From Isurus oxyrinchus (Eukaryota), in NCBI GenBank assembly GCA_026770705.1, contig JANJGN010000071.1, positions 434,001 through 498,000 of the forward strand: 64,000 nucleotides of DNA. The letters are read 5' to 3'. The stretch's first letter is position 1. The number at the start of each line of letters is the position of its first letter. This document shows positions 1 through 11,298 of this stretch, piece by piece. A program made the translations under genes and the position numbers. A model generated the notes under the pieces. That model was not told the DNA's origin. It was given only the letters and a program-made list of their open reading frames with translations, and did no database searches.

Positions 1-413
1 TCAGTGCTGCACTGGAGTCTTGGTATCAGCTCTGATTCTGTGTTGAAGGAAGGTAAACTCCAGATCAGCAAGACCCTGAATTGGATGGAGCAACCTCCTG
101 AACAGTGAATTGTAGATTTACCCCTCAGTGCTCCATCGATCAAATACAATTCACGGGCTTTCAATCCCTTGGGGGCATCTTGAGAGTGTTAAAGGATGTT
201 TGTTTCATTCTAGGTGGACAGCAACTCTGCTGGTGGGAGAATGCAACTGCAGTGTGACAGTTTACATAGGAAGTGCCCATTATAAATGTGACAGTATTTT
301 TTCCTGAGGGAAGGTACCTGGAAATGCATTCCAACATCAGATACAGAGAGATGATGCATGGAGTCTTGCTGTGCATGCTGCTTGCTCACATTAAAATCTT
401 TATTTGTTTTTAG

Positions 414-695
414 ATGCCCCACAGAATCTCTCAATTACTTCTCTTGATATGATTAACGCTTCATCGATCAATATAATTGAGGAGAATTCTGCAGTGATAA
501 TCTGCTCTGTCGAGAGCTTCCCAGCTTCTAACCTGACGTGGCGACATCTTAATGTCCCAATGAACAGAACAAGTTCCAACAATGAGCTGTGGTTGGTGAT
601 TCCTCACGTTACATCCAGGGACACTGGAGACTATCAGTGTGTGGCAGAGAATGAACATGGAGCAGTGGAGGGGTTCATAACCATCACTGTGGAAT
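414..695 (+). CDS. Gene A (inhibitory Siglec/CD22-like receptor): C2/I-type Ig exon, copy 1
   Basis: ttttag|AT...GAA T|gtgag; 282 nt, phase 1-1; DAPQNLSI...IICSVESFPASNLTW...DTGDYQCVAENEHG...ITVE has the canonical C-W-DxGxYxC Ig pattern. Confidence 0.92.
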
Positions 696-1534
696 GTGAG
701 TTAACGNNNNNNNNNNNNNNNNNNNNNNNNNNNNNNNNNNNNNNNNNNNNNNNNNNNNNNNNNNNNNNNNNNNNNNNNNNNNNNNNNNNNNNNNNNNNNN
801 NNNNNNNNNNNNNNNNNNNNNNNNNNNNNNNNNNNNNNNNNNNNNCACATTTACACACACAGTCATACACGTGCAAAAACATACACAGAAACACACATAC
901 ACTCAACTCACACGCACACACTCACACAGGCACACATATAGACATACACATGCACTCACGTTCACTCATGCACAGACGTATACACAAAGACACACAAACA
1001 TATGCAAAACACATACACACACGCACACACAGACACATGCGTGCATACACACACAAACACACTCACTTGTGCAGAAACACAAACACACACATACGCACGC
1101 ATGAGGTCCCTCTCCTCTCTCAGGGCTGCACTGGAGTCTTGGTATCAGCTCCGATTCTGTCTTGAAGGAAGGTAAACTCCAGATCAACAAGATCCTGAAT
1201 TGGATGGAGCAACCTTCTGAACAGAGAATTGTAGGTTTGCCCCTCAGAGCTCCATCGATCAAATGCAATTCATTGCCTGTCAAGCCCTTGGCAAAATCCT
1301 GAGGATGTGCAAGGAAGTTTCTTTCATTCTAGGTGGACAGCGCCTCTACTGGTGGGAGAATGTAACTGTAGTTTGACTGTTTACATAGGCAGTGCCCATT
1401 ATAAATTTGACAGTGGAAGTTATATGGAGGGAAGGTATCTGGAAATGCATACAGACATCAGATACAGAGAGATGATGCATGGAGTCTTGCTGTGCACGCT
1501 GCTTGCTCACATTAAAATCTTTATTTGTTTTTAG

Positions 1535-1816
1535 ATGCTCCACAGAATCTCTCAATTAATTCTCTTGATATGATTAATGCTTCATCGATCAATATAATTG
1601 AGCGGAATTCTGCAGAGATAATCTGCTCTGTCGAGAGCTTCCCAGCTTCTAACCTGACGTGGCGACATCTTAATGTCCCAATGAACAGAACAGGTTCCAA
1701 CAATGAGCTGTGGTTGGTGATTCCTCACGTTACATCCAGGGACACTGGAGACTATCAGTGTGTGGCAGAGAATGAACATGGAGCAGTGGAGGGGTTCCTA
1801 ACCATCACTGTGGAAC
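1535..1816 (+). CDS. Gene A: C2/I-type Ig exon, copy 2
   Basis: ttttag|ATGCTCC...GAA C|gtgag; 282 nt, open frame, near-identical to copy 1. Confidence 0.92.
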
Positions 1817-2806
1817 GTGAGTTAACACAAACTTCAACATTACTCTCACATACACACACACACACACACACACACATACACACACACACACAGACACGTG
1901 CACACAAACAAGCATTCATGTGCAATCCCACATGTGCACAGGTGTGTACACCTGCATGCTCACACACACAGAAGGAAACATACACAGAATCACACGTGTG
2001 CTTGCTCACACACACACAGACATGTGTGAGTTGTCTCTTCTCCCTGTGCTGCACTGGAGTGTTGCTCCAGATTCTGCTCTGAAACACTGACGACATCAGC
2101 TGAACAAGACCCTGTATTGGACGAGCAGCCCCCTGCACAGAGAATTGTAGGTTTATCACTCAATACCCCATTATTCTAAAGCAATTCCTCCGCTGTCAAA
2201 TCCCTGTGAACATCCTGATGATGTGAAAGACATTTTCTTTTCTTCTAGCCCGACAGTGTCTCCTCTGGTGGAAGGCTGTAATTACAGTGTGACAGTTTAC
2301 ATATCCACATGCAGCAAGAGCTGAATAACACTCAGCTTGGGCTGAGAAATGACAATTAATGCATCACAAGTACCAGGCAGTGATCATGTCCAACAAGAGA
2401 GAATCTAACCATCTCCCCTTGATGTTCAGTGAGTTTACTATCACTGAATCCCCCACAATCAACATCCTGGGGGATGTTAACCAAACAACTATCTGGACCG
2501 GCCATAAATACTGTGGCTACAGGAGCCGGTCAGAGGCTGGGAATTCTGTGGGGGTGAAAAACTCACCACCACCTCCTCAAGGGCAATTAGGGATGGGTAA
2601 TAAATGCTGGTCTAGATAGATACAGCCACTTCCCATGAATGTACAAAAAGAAAAACACCAGCAGTGACCATTATAAAAGTTGACATAGGAACTTAAAACA
2701 GGACAGAAACCTTGAAATGCACATAGACACCAAATAGAGAGAGATGTATCATGGAGTCTTGCTGTGCACTGTGTTTGCTCACAATGATACCTTTATTTGT
2801 ATTTAG

Positions 2807-3088
2807 ATGCACCACGGAACCCATCAATTACTTCTCTTGATATGATTAACGCTTCATCGATCAATATAATTGAGGGGAATTCTGCAGTGATAATCTGCTC
2901 TGTCGAGAGCTTCCCAGCTTCTAACCTGACGTGGCGACATCTTAATGTCCCAATGAACAGAACAAGTTCCAACAATGAGCTGTGGTTGGTGATTCCTCAC
3001 GTTACATCCAGGGACACTGGAGACTATCAGTGTGTGGCAGAGAATGAACATGGAGCAGTGGAGGGGTTCATAACCATCACTGTGGAAC
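2807..3088 (+). CDS. Gene A: C2/I-type Ig exon, copy 3
   Basis: atttag|ATGCACC...GAA C|gtgag; 282 nt, open frame. Confidence 0.92.
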
Positions 3089-3121
3089 GTGAGTTACTGC
3101 AAACTTCAACATCACTCAGAT

Positions 3122-3158
<37 letters not shown>

Positions 3159-3859
3159 CACACACACACGTGTAGGCACACACATGCACACTTATACACA
3201 CACAGTCATACACGTGCAAACACATACAGAGGAATATATATACACAACTCACACACACACACACATTCATGCCCACACATAGACACACACATGCACATTC
3301 ACTCACTCTTGGACAGACGTAGACACACAGTCATGCGTGCATGCGCACACACAGATACATGTGTGCATACACACACAAGCACACTCACTTCTGCAGAAAC
3401 ACAAACACACACACACTCACACACATACACAAATGTGAGTTCCCTCTCCTCTCTCAGGGTGCACTGGAGTCTCGGTATCAGCTCTGATTCTGTGTTGAAG
3501 GAAGGTAAACTCCAGATCAACAAGACCCTGAATTGGATGAGCAACCTCCTGAACAGAGAATGGTAGATTTACCCCTCAGTGCTCCATCAATCAAACATTG
3601 CCTGTCAAGCCCTTGGCGAAATCCTGAGGATATGAAAGCAAGCTTCTTTCATTCTAGATGGACAACACCTCTACTGGTGGGAGAATGCAATTGCAGTGTG
3701 ACAGTTTACATAGGCAGTGTCCATTAAAAATGTGGCATTAGACCTTATCCTGAGGGAAGTTACCTGGAAATGCATTCAGACATCAGATACAGAGACATGA
3801 TGCATGGAGTCTTGCTGTGCACTATGTTTGCTCACGTTAAAATCTTTATATGTTTTTAG

Positions 3860-4141
3860 ATGCACCATGGAATCTCTCAGTCAATTCTCTTGATATGATT
3901 AACGCTTCATGGATCAATACAATTGAGGGGAATTCTGCAGTGATAATCTGCTCTGTCGAGAGCTTCCCAGCTTCTAACCTGACGTGGCGACATCTTAATG
4001 TCCCAATGAACAGAACCAGTTCCAACAATGAGCTGTGGTTGGTGATTCCTCACGTTACATCCAGGGACACTGGAGACTATCAGTGTGTGGCAGAGAATGA
4101 ACATGGAGCAGTGGAGGAGTTCATAACCATCACTGTGGAAC
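3860..4141 (+). CDS. Gene A: C2/I-type Ig exon, copy 4
   Basis: ttttag|ATGCACC...GAA C|gtgag; 282 nt, open frame, a few private substitutions (PWNLS, NASW, VEEF). Confidence 0.9.
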
Positions 4142-4847
4142 GTGAGTTACANNNNNNNNNNNNNNNNNNNNNNNNNNNNNNNNNNNNNNNNNNNNNNNNN
4201 NNNNNNNNNNNNNNNNNNNNNNNNNNNNNNNNNNNNNNNNNNNNNNNNNNNNNNNNNNNNNNNNNNNNNNNNNNNNNNNNNNNNNNNNNNNNNNNNNNNN
4301 NNNNNNNNNNNNNNNNNNNNNAATCCCACATGTGCACAGGTGTGCATGCTCACACACACAGAAGGAAACATACACAGAATCACACGTGTGCTTGCTCACA
4401 CACACACACAGACATGTGTGAGTTGTCTGTTCTCCCTGTGCTGCACAGGAGTGTTGCTGCAGATTCTGCTCTGAAACACTGACGACATCAGCTGAACAAG
4501 ACCCTGTATTGGACGAGCAGCCCCCTGCACAGAGAATTGTAGGTTTATCACTCAATACCCCATTATTCTAAAGCAATTCCTCCACTGTCAAATCCCTGTG
4601 AACATCCTGATGATGTGAAAGACATTTTCTTTTCTTCTAGCACAACAGTGTCTCCTCTGGTGGAAGGCTGTAATTACAGCGTGACAGTTTACATATCCAC
4701 ATGCAGCAAGAGCTGAACAACACTCAGCTTGGGCTGAGAAATGACAATTAATGTTCATGCCGCACAAGTACCAGGGAGAGCTGTTCCTTGTATTGACCCT
4801 TGGGATTGTTTATCCCAACCTGATAGGGCAGAGGGGGCCCAGGTTGT

Positions 4848-4914
4848 GACTATCAGTGTGTGGCAGAGAATGAACATGGAGCAGTGGAGGGGTTCATAAC
4901 CATCACTGTGGAAT
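4848..4914 (+). pseudogene. Gene A: 5'-truncated fifth C2 exon remnant (DYQCVAENEHGAVEGFITITVE)
   Basis: Matches the 3' end of the C2 exons including the donor GT, but the first ~215 nt are replaced by unrelated sequence. Confidence 0.8.
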
Positions 4915-5732
4915 GTGAGTGTGGAGAAATATTTGTTTGTTTGTTGTCTCCGTGGTCTCCGTGGAGCCATTGGGATCGTGTTGTTTTTAATCCAGTTTTC
5001 TTCAATCCTCGCTCAGTCCACGTTATCCACACACCCAATTTTTCCTCTCCCTTTCTGTTTTTGCTCTCAGTTTCTCCTTCAATGGTTGTGAGGACAAGGC
5101 TGTCAGGTCTTCGTTTCCAATCTCCGTACTTGACGACCTTTCTCTCTCTAACTGTCCTGAACTACCCTTTTAATTGCTGAACTTCTCATTCTTTAATTGA
5201 TAAATATTATATATAAATGTTACATGGATTACTTTGAAATGCAACACCTGTATTCATAAATTGCTTAGAAATGACTAAACATTCAACAGCCAATGAAGCA
5301 TTATCGAAGTAAGCTCACTGTTGTAAAGGAGGAAACACAGGTACTGATGTGTACACAGCAAGATCCCACAAACCACCGGGTCTTAATGACCTGATAGGCG
5401 ATTATTTCAATGAGGTTGGTTTTTTAATGTGTAGAGAGACTACATACCCTTTAGGGAGGGAAGCATGTCTCGATGTGGATGTGACTCCAGTCTCAGACAC
5501 CATCATGGTTAAATCACATCTGCCCTCTGAACTGCTCTCCCAGTTTGGGACAAACCAGTGGTTCAGGAGGAAGACCCCCCACCACCTTCTCAAGGGGAAA
5601 CTAGGGATGGACAATAAATGTCAGCATTGCCGAGAATGAATATTTAAACACTGAGTGAGTGTATCGCTTCTCGAGATACATCGGAGCATCATTGTAAACC
5701 TGTAGTGCAGTAATTAATGGCTGTTTTTACAG

Positions 5733-5829
5733 GTAGAGACTCCAGTAAATGGACAGTAGGATTGTTCACGGCTGGGATCATGTTGAGTGTTTTCCTGGCT
5801 GGAATCTTCATCTTCATCTGTGTGAGAAA
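5733..5829 (+). CDS. Gene A: transmembrane exon (uncharged TM)
   Basis: tttttacag|GT...AGA AA|gtaagt; 97 nt, phase 1-2; RDSSKWTVGLFTAGIMLSVFLAGIFIFICVRK. Confidence 0.9.
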
Positions 5830-6523
5830 GTAAGTCTGAAGATTTAACTTGATTTTAATATAAACATTTGCTTCAATGTTCTTTCCTGAAGTCGGTGATT
5901 GTTTCCCTTGTGTTAAGCGCCAGATGCCTCTCCGTAACTGGTCTCTTTATCCGTTATGATCCAGAGAGTGTTTTTCATTGCCCGTTATCCAGATGAATAA
6001 TAATCAGTTGCTGTGATCTGGAAGGTGCTGCCTGAAAGGGCGCTGGAAGCAGATTCAATAGGATCTTTCAAAAGGGGAATTGGATAAATACTTGAAGGGG
6101 GAACATTTGAAGGGCTACAGGGGGAAGAGCAGGGGTGGAGGGGGGGTCAAAGATATGGCGTGTTATTATAATGATATTATACCTTAGGCTTATTTACTGT
6201 ATAAGACAGAAAACACCAATCACTCATAGGGGATTTGGTGAGAATGTTAATGATTTGTTTATCAAGACTCGGCATGAGAACAGTTATACATACGGAGAAA
6301 GCTTGAAGGCATCAGAGCTGTGAGTGTGTGCTCTGCTCAAAGCAAATGTCAAACTGAGATTGGATCACATGACACACTTCCATTATAGTGATGTCACGCT
6401 GATACCCCTTATTGGAACAAGAGACAGTCCAGTCATTGGTGTAAGGTTACAGTGGGCTCTGTGTCTGTGCTGCACTGACTCTCTGCTATATGATAACCAC
6501 AGTGTGATATTGTGTTATTGCAG

Positions 6524-6605
6524 GAGAAAGACAGCGATGGAGGAGAGAGGTTCAGGGACCAATTACATTGCATTGACCCTCAGGTCACTCTCTGTGAAGC
6601 ACCAG
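6524..6605 (+). CDS. Gene A: cytoplasmic exon 1
   Basis: ttattgcag|G AGA AAG...CAC CAG|gtacag; 82 nt, phase 2-0; RKTAMEERGSGTNYIALTLRSLSVKHQ; paralogous exon at 59059-59140. Confidence 0.85.
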
Positions 6606-6819
6606 GTACAGGAACTGTTTACACTCACTCCATAGCTTCAACCTCAGTCTGTAGACAACACGTAAACCAGATTCTCAACCGGGTTACACACAGATATCTC
6701 CCTGTGAAGTCAGCAATGGCTCAGTGGTCAGCACTGTCTCTCGCTCCCTGCCTCTGTCTCCCTCCATCACTCGCTCTTTGACCAGAAACCTGAACACAAT
6801 AATGACAAGGCACCTGATG

Positions 6820-7640
6820 TCAGTAGTGAGGGAGTGCTGCACTGTCAGAGGGTCAGTACTGAGGGAGTGCTGCACTGTCGGAGTGTCAGTACTGAGAGGG
6901 TGCTGCACTGTCGGAGGGTCAGTACTGAGGGTATGTTGCACTGTCAGAGGATCAGTACAGATGGAGTGCTGCACTGTCGGAGGGTCAGTACTGAGGGAGT
7001 GTTGCACTGTCAGAGTGTCAGTACTGAGGGAGTGTTGCACGGTCAGAGGGTCAGTACTGAGGGAGTGCGGCACTGTCGGAGGGTCAGTAGTGAGGGAGTG
7101 CTGCACTGTCAGAGGGTCAGTACTGAGGGAGTGCTGCACTGTCAGAGGGTCAGTACTGAGGGAGTGCTGGACTGTCGGTGGGTCAGTACTGAGGGAGTGC
7201 TGCACTGTCTGATGGTCAGTACTGATGGTGTGCTGGACGTTCGGAGTATCAGTACTGAGGCAGTGCTGCACTGTCAGAGGGTCAGTACTGAGGGAGTGCT
7301 GCACTGTCAGACGGTCAGTACTGAGGGAGTGCTGCACTGTCAGAGGGTCAGTACTGAGGGAGTACTGCACTGTCGGAGGGTCAGTAGTGAGGGAGTGCTG
7401 CACTGTCAGAGGGTCAGTACTGAGGGAGTGCTGCACTGTCAGAGGGTCAGTACTGAGGGAGTACTGCACTGTCGGAGGGTCAGTATTGAGGGAGTGCTGC
7501 ACTGTCAGAGGGTCAGTATTGAGGGAGTGCTGCATTGTCGGAGGGTCAGTATTGAGGGAGTGCTGCACTGTCAGAGGGTCAGTATTGAGGGAGTGCTGCA
7601 CTGTCAGAGGGTCAGTATTGAGGGAGTGCTGCACTGTTGG
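6820..7640. repeat. 33-bp minisatellite (gtcagagggtcagtactgagggagtgctgcact), SINE-derived, in the last intron of gene A
   Basis: About 25 tandem units; source of the spurious 11-aa periodic ORFs (TDPLTVQHSLS). Confidence 0.95.
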
Positions 7641-7856
7641 AGTGCGATAGAGATTAAATTATAAAGAGAGAGAGAGAAAGCGAGAGAGAAAGAGAGACAG
7701 AGAAAGAGATTGAAAAAAAGGAGACAGAGAAAGAGAGTGAAAAAAAAGCTTAAACCCATTGAGACACGACTGACACTAACGAGGCTGCACAATAATTTAA
7801 CCCTATCAGTGCCAGTAAATGATGTGAGGATGTCTTCTGTTTCCATTTCTCTGTAG

Positions 7857-8105
7857 GGTAAACAGAACGTGCTGATTTCTGAGCCCCAGGAAACAACCAG
7901 AGACACAACTAGCGAGGGGGAGACCCCAGCTCCCCGGGGTCTCTCTGAAGGTCCAGTGGGAGGCGATGTTGGACATGGGAACTCCGACAAACCTGACGAG
8001 CTTCTCTACACCAACATCAACTTTTCAAAGCTGCCCGGCGGTGACAGGACTGTGCACAGGAGCGAGGACACGGAATACGCACAGATCAGGTTCCAGAAAA
8101 ACTGA
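7857..8105 (+). CDS. Gene A: terminal cytoplasmic exon with ITIM (LLYTNI) and ITSM (TEYAQI)
   Basis: ttctctgtag|GGT AAA CAG...AAC TGA; ends DELLYTNINFSKL...EDTEYAQIRFQKN*, the proximal-ITIM plus distal TxYxxI layout typical of Siglec tails. Confidence 0.92.
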   Translation, partial: GKQNVLISEPQETTRDTTSEGETPAPRGLSEGPVGGDVGHGNSDKPDELLYTNINFSKLPGGDRTVHRSEDTEYAQIRFQKN

Positions 8106-8296
8106 GTGTGAAACAGGGAGCGGGACTGTGGGGTGTGTGCAGCCAACATGGCCAAATAGTAATGAACACAAATATGATGTTGCTCAACTTTTTTTTATTG
8201 GTTTTAACTGAGCTTTCTGAATGCTGCACCTTTTTCCATGCTGTAAAAGATTGTGAGAAGCTTATGAATTATGTATAATTTTACATCTGTTAATAC

Positions 8297-10372
8297 AAGG
8301 TGAGGTGAGAGTGACTGCCTTTGACATCAAGGCTGCATTTGACCGAGTGTGGCATCTAGGAGCCCGAGTAAAACTGGAGTCAATGGGAATCAGGGGTGGT
8401 ACGAAAGTATAATAATTTGCTTAATATTTTCCTGGTTTGTTGTAAACTAGGTTTATGGGTGTGAGTGTAGATGGGTCTGTCTGTGTAGTTTAATTACATC
8501 TGGAGACAGGTAGACTGCAAGTTTGAGATTATCAAAAGAAGCTAGGTGTAGAAATGTACTTGAAATGCTAATGAGAACACATGGAGGCTGCCTTAGCATG
8601 TAAGGTGTGAAGGGGCTGTTTAGATTTCAAAGGGATGTTGGTCTGTTTAGGACAAGCCCAATAAGCAAAGCTAAGGAGTTTTTTTTAAATTTTACCCAAA
8701 CTTCATTGACAATATTGGCAACATGAAAGTTTATATTATGGGAAAGGTACAGTTCCAAAGAATTTACACATCAAAGAGAGAGAAACATGTATAAAGGAGA
8801 ATGAAAGGCTATGTTGGGGGCCATGTAAGATCTAACAGGAGTGTGTGAAACAGGCTTGAAGAAGCCTCCAGGCATTTGTGCATAAGTCTGTTATGTTCAG
8901 TAAATAAAGTTGGAGAAACCCATTTAGAATTCCAGGGTCAAGTGTGTGCTGTGTTAACTCGCTGGGTTTGTTTTTAATCTAAAATCTTATTTTGGACTGT
9001 TGCCTTAAAAGGGGTATGTAACTGGGAGTCAGGTTAATTAGGAATTTGAGAATATATTTTAGCTGTAACTAACCGTGGTATTATGTCTGTGCTTGAAATC
9101 TTTTATTTTGTTAATAAATATCTTAATTGAATTTTTAAAATCTCTAAAGGTTGTGGTCAACTCATTACTCCTGAATTCAGTGCACGCTTCTTGTAATAAA
9201 TACAAATTGCAAAACTATTGTGATAGCGTGACCAATTTTCCCTTGTGGATTTGGAGCACCAAGCACACATCATCTGCCATGTCATGTCACAGGGAAAACT
9301 CTCCACTCGTTGGATTCATACCCAGCACAAAGGAAGGTGGTTGTGGTTGTTGGAGGTCAGTCATCTCAGTTCCAGGACATCACTGCAGGAGTTGCTCAGT
9401 GCAGTGTCCTAGGCCCAACCATCTTCAGCTGCTTCATCAATGACATTCATTCTATCAGATGGTCAGAATTATGGAAGGTCGCTGATGATTGCACAACGTT
9501 CAACATCATTCATGACTCATCAGATGCTGAAGCAGTCCATGTCCAAATGCAGCAAGACCTGGACAATATCCAGGCTTGGCCTGACAAGTGGCAAGTAACA
9601 TTCATGCCACACAAGTGCCAGACAATGACCATCTCCAACCAGAGAGATTATATCCATCTCCCCTTAATGTCCAATAGCATCACCATTGCTGAATCCCACA
9701 CTATCAACACTCTGGGGGTTACCAATGACTAGAAACTGAACTGGACTAGCCATATAAACACTGTGACTATAAGAGCAGGCCAGAGCCTGGGAATCCTGTG
9801 GTGAGTAACTCACCTCCTGACTCCCCAAAGCCTGTCCACCAACCTCAAGGCACAGGTCAGAAGTGATGGAATACTCTCCACTTTCCTAGATGAGTGCAGC
9901 TCCAACAACACTCAAGAAGCTCGACACCGTCCAGGACAAAGCAGCCCCGCTTGATTTGCGGCCCGTCCACAAACATTCTCTCCCTCTACAACTGACGCAC
10001 AGTGGCAGCAGTGTGTGTACCATCTACAAGATGCAATGCAGTGAGTCACCAAGCCTCCTTAGACAGCACCTTCCAAACACATGATCACTACCATCTCGAA
10101 GGACAAGGGCAGCAGACACATGGGAACACCACCACCTGGAAGTTCCCCTCCAAGTCACTTACCATCCTGACTTGGAAATATATCACCGTTCCTTCACTGT
10201 CGCTGGGTCAGAATCCTGCACCACCCTCCCAAACAGTTCTGTGGGTGTACATACACCACAGGGACTGCAGCAGCTCAAGAAGGCAGCTCACCCCCATATT
10301 CTCAAGGACAATTAGGGATGGGCAATAAATTCTGGCCTCGCCAGTGTCAGTGAATGAATACAAAAAAGAAGC
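8297..10372 (+). mobile_element. Degenerate CR1-group LINE (RT and 3' tail) interrupted by a solo LTR
   Basis: DIKAAFDRVWH, SVLGPTIFSCFIND and ADDCT RT motifs; continuity across 8396/9292 is shown by the uninterrupted copy near 30460-30500. Confidence 0.85.
8397..9291 (+). mobile_element. Solo LTR nested in the LINE
   Basis: TG...CA ends, internal AATAAA, splits a LINE; same family as 43633-44558. Confidence 0.7.
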
Positions 10373-10774
10373 AATTAAAATGTCCTGACATTTCTGTACA
10401 TTTTTATCAAATTAAATACGTACTGTAGTGAATAATTCCATTCTCCAAGGCACCACTTCCTGTTGTCACATGTCCTTCTGATTATTTAAATTCCTGTGTC
10501 ATTGGTAATGGAACATTCCCATGTAAACATGTCACACTGTAATTACAGCCTCCTACCAGTGGTGGTGCTTTAGTGTCCTAGTTTTGCTTCTCAGAGACTG
10601 GAGGAGCTGTATACATTGTGTTTACAATATTAGTAACACTCAGGGGTGACCAGGGGGATTCTTTTGGCCAAGTTTACGATGTTGCTAAGATACAATGGCC
10701 CCGTGGGATATTTCCTACTGCGTTTACAAGGTTGAATTGAAGAGATTTTTGAAGTGTCTGGCACAGTTTTATTA

Positions 10775-11298
10775 AGGTCCCCTCACATCCAATCTGGAGT
10801 CACTGGGTTCAGTTCTGAGTCCAGCAGCTTAGGAAGGATATATTGTCCTTGGAGGGGGTACTGTGCAGAGTCACCAGGATGATCCCGGGTCTGAAAGGGT
10901 TAAATCCCGAGGACAGGTTGCACAGACCAGGCTTGTGGTCCCTCGAGTCTCCAAGATTAAGGGGTGATCTAATCGAGGGGTTTAAGATGATTAAAGGCTT
11001 TGTTACGGGCAATAGAGAGAAACTATTTCCTCTGATGGGGTTGAGGTGAGGAGGGTTCAGAACAAGGGGGCAGAACATTAACATTGGAGCCAGGCCGTTC
11101 AGGGGGTGATGTCAGGAAGCACTTCTTCACACAAAGCGGGGGTGGAAATCTGGAACTCTCTCCCCCAGAAAAAGCTGTCGATTGTAAATTTCAAAACTGA
11201 GATTGGGAGATTGTTGTTGGGTCGGGGGTTAAGGGTTACAGAACCGAGGCGGGTGGATGGGGTTAAGATACAGATCGGACGTGATCCAATCAAATGTT
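10775..11298 (+). mobile_element. CR1 LINE 3' fragment
   Basis: LEGVLCRVTRMIPGLKGLNPEDRL...RLRGDLIEGFK is the CR1 ORF2 C-terminal signature. Confidence 0.85.

Noticed and set aside
696-3566. His/Thr-rich and Cys/Val-rich ORF extensions
   Set aside because: Read-through into (CA)n-rich introns and N gaps past clear GT donors
6820-7640. CRISPR-like regular repeats
   Set aside because: Head-to-tail units with no unique spacers, vertebrate context, no cas genes
6684-7664. Long periodic ORFs (TDPLTVQHSLS / VLRECCTVRGS), also at 26146-26559, 33015-33591 and 60429-61349
   Set aside because: Translations of a stop-poor 33-bp minisatellite that is open in several frames on both strands
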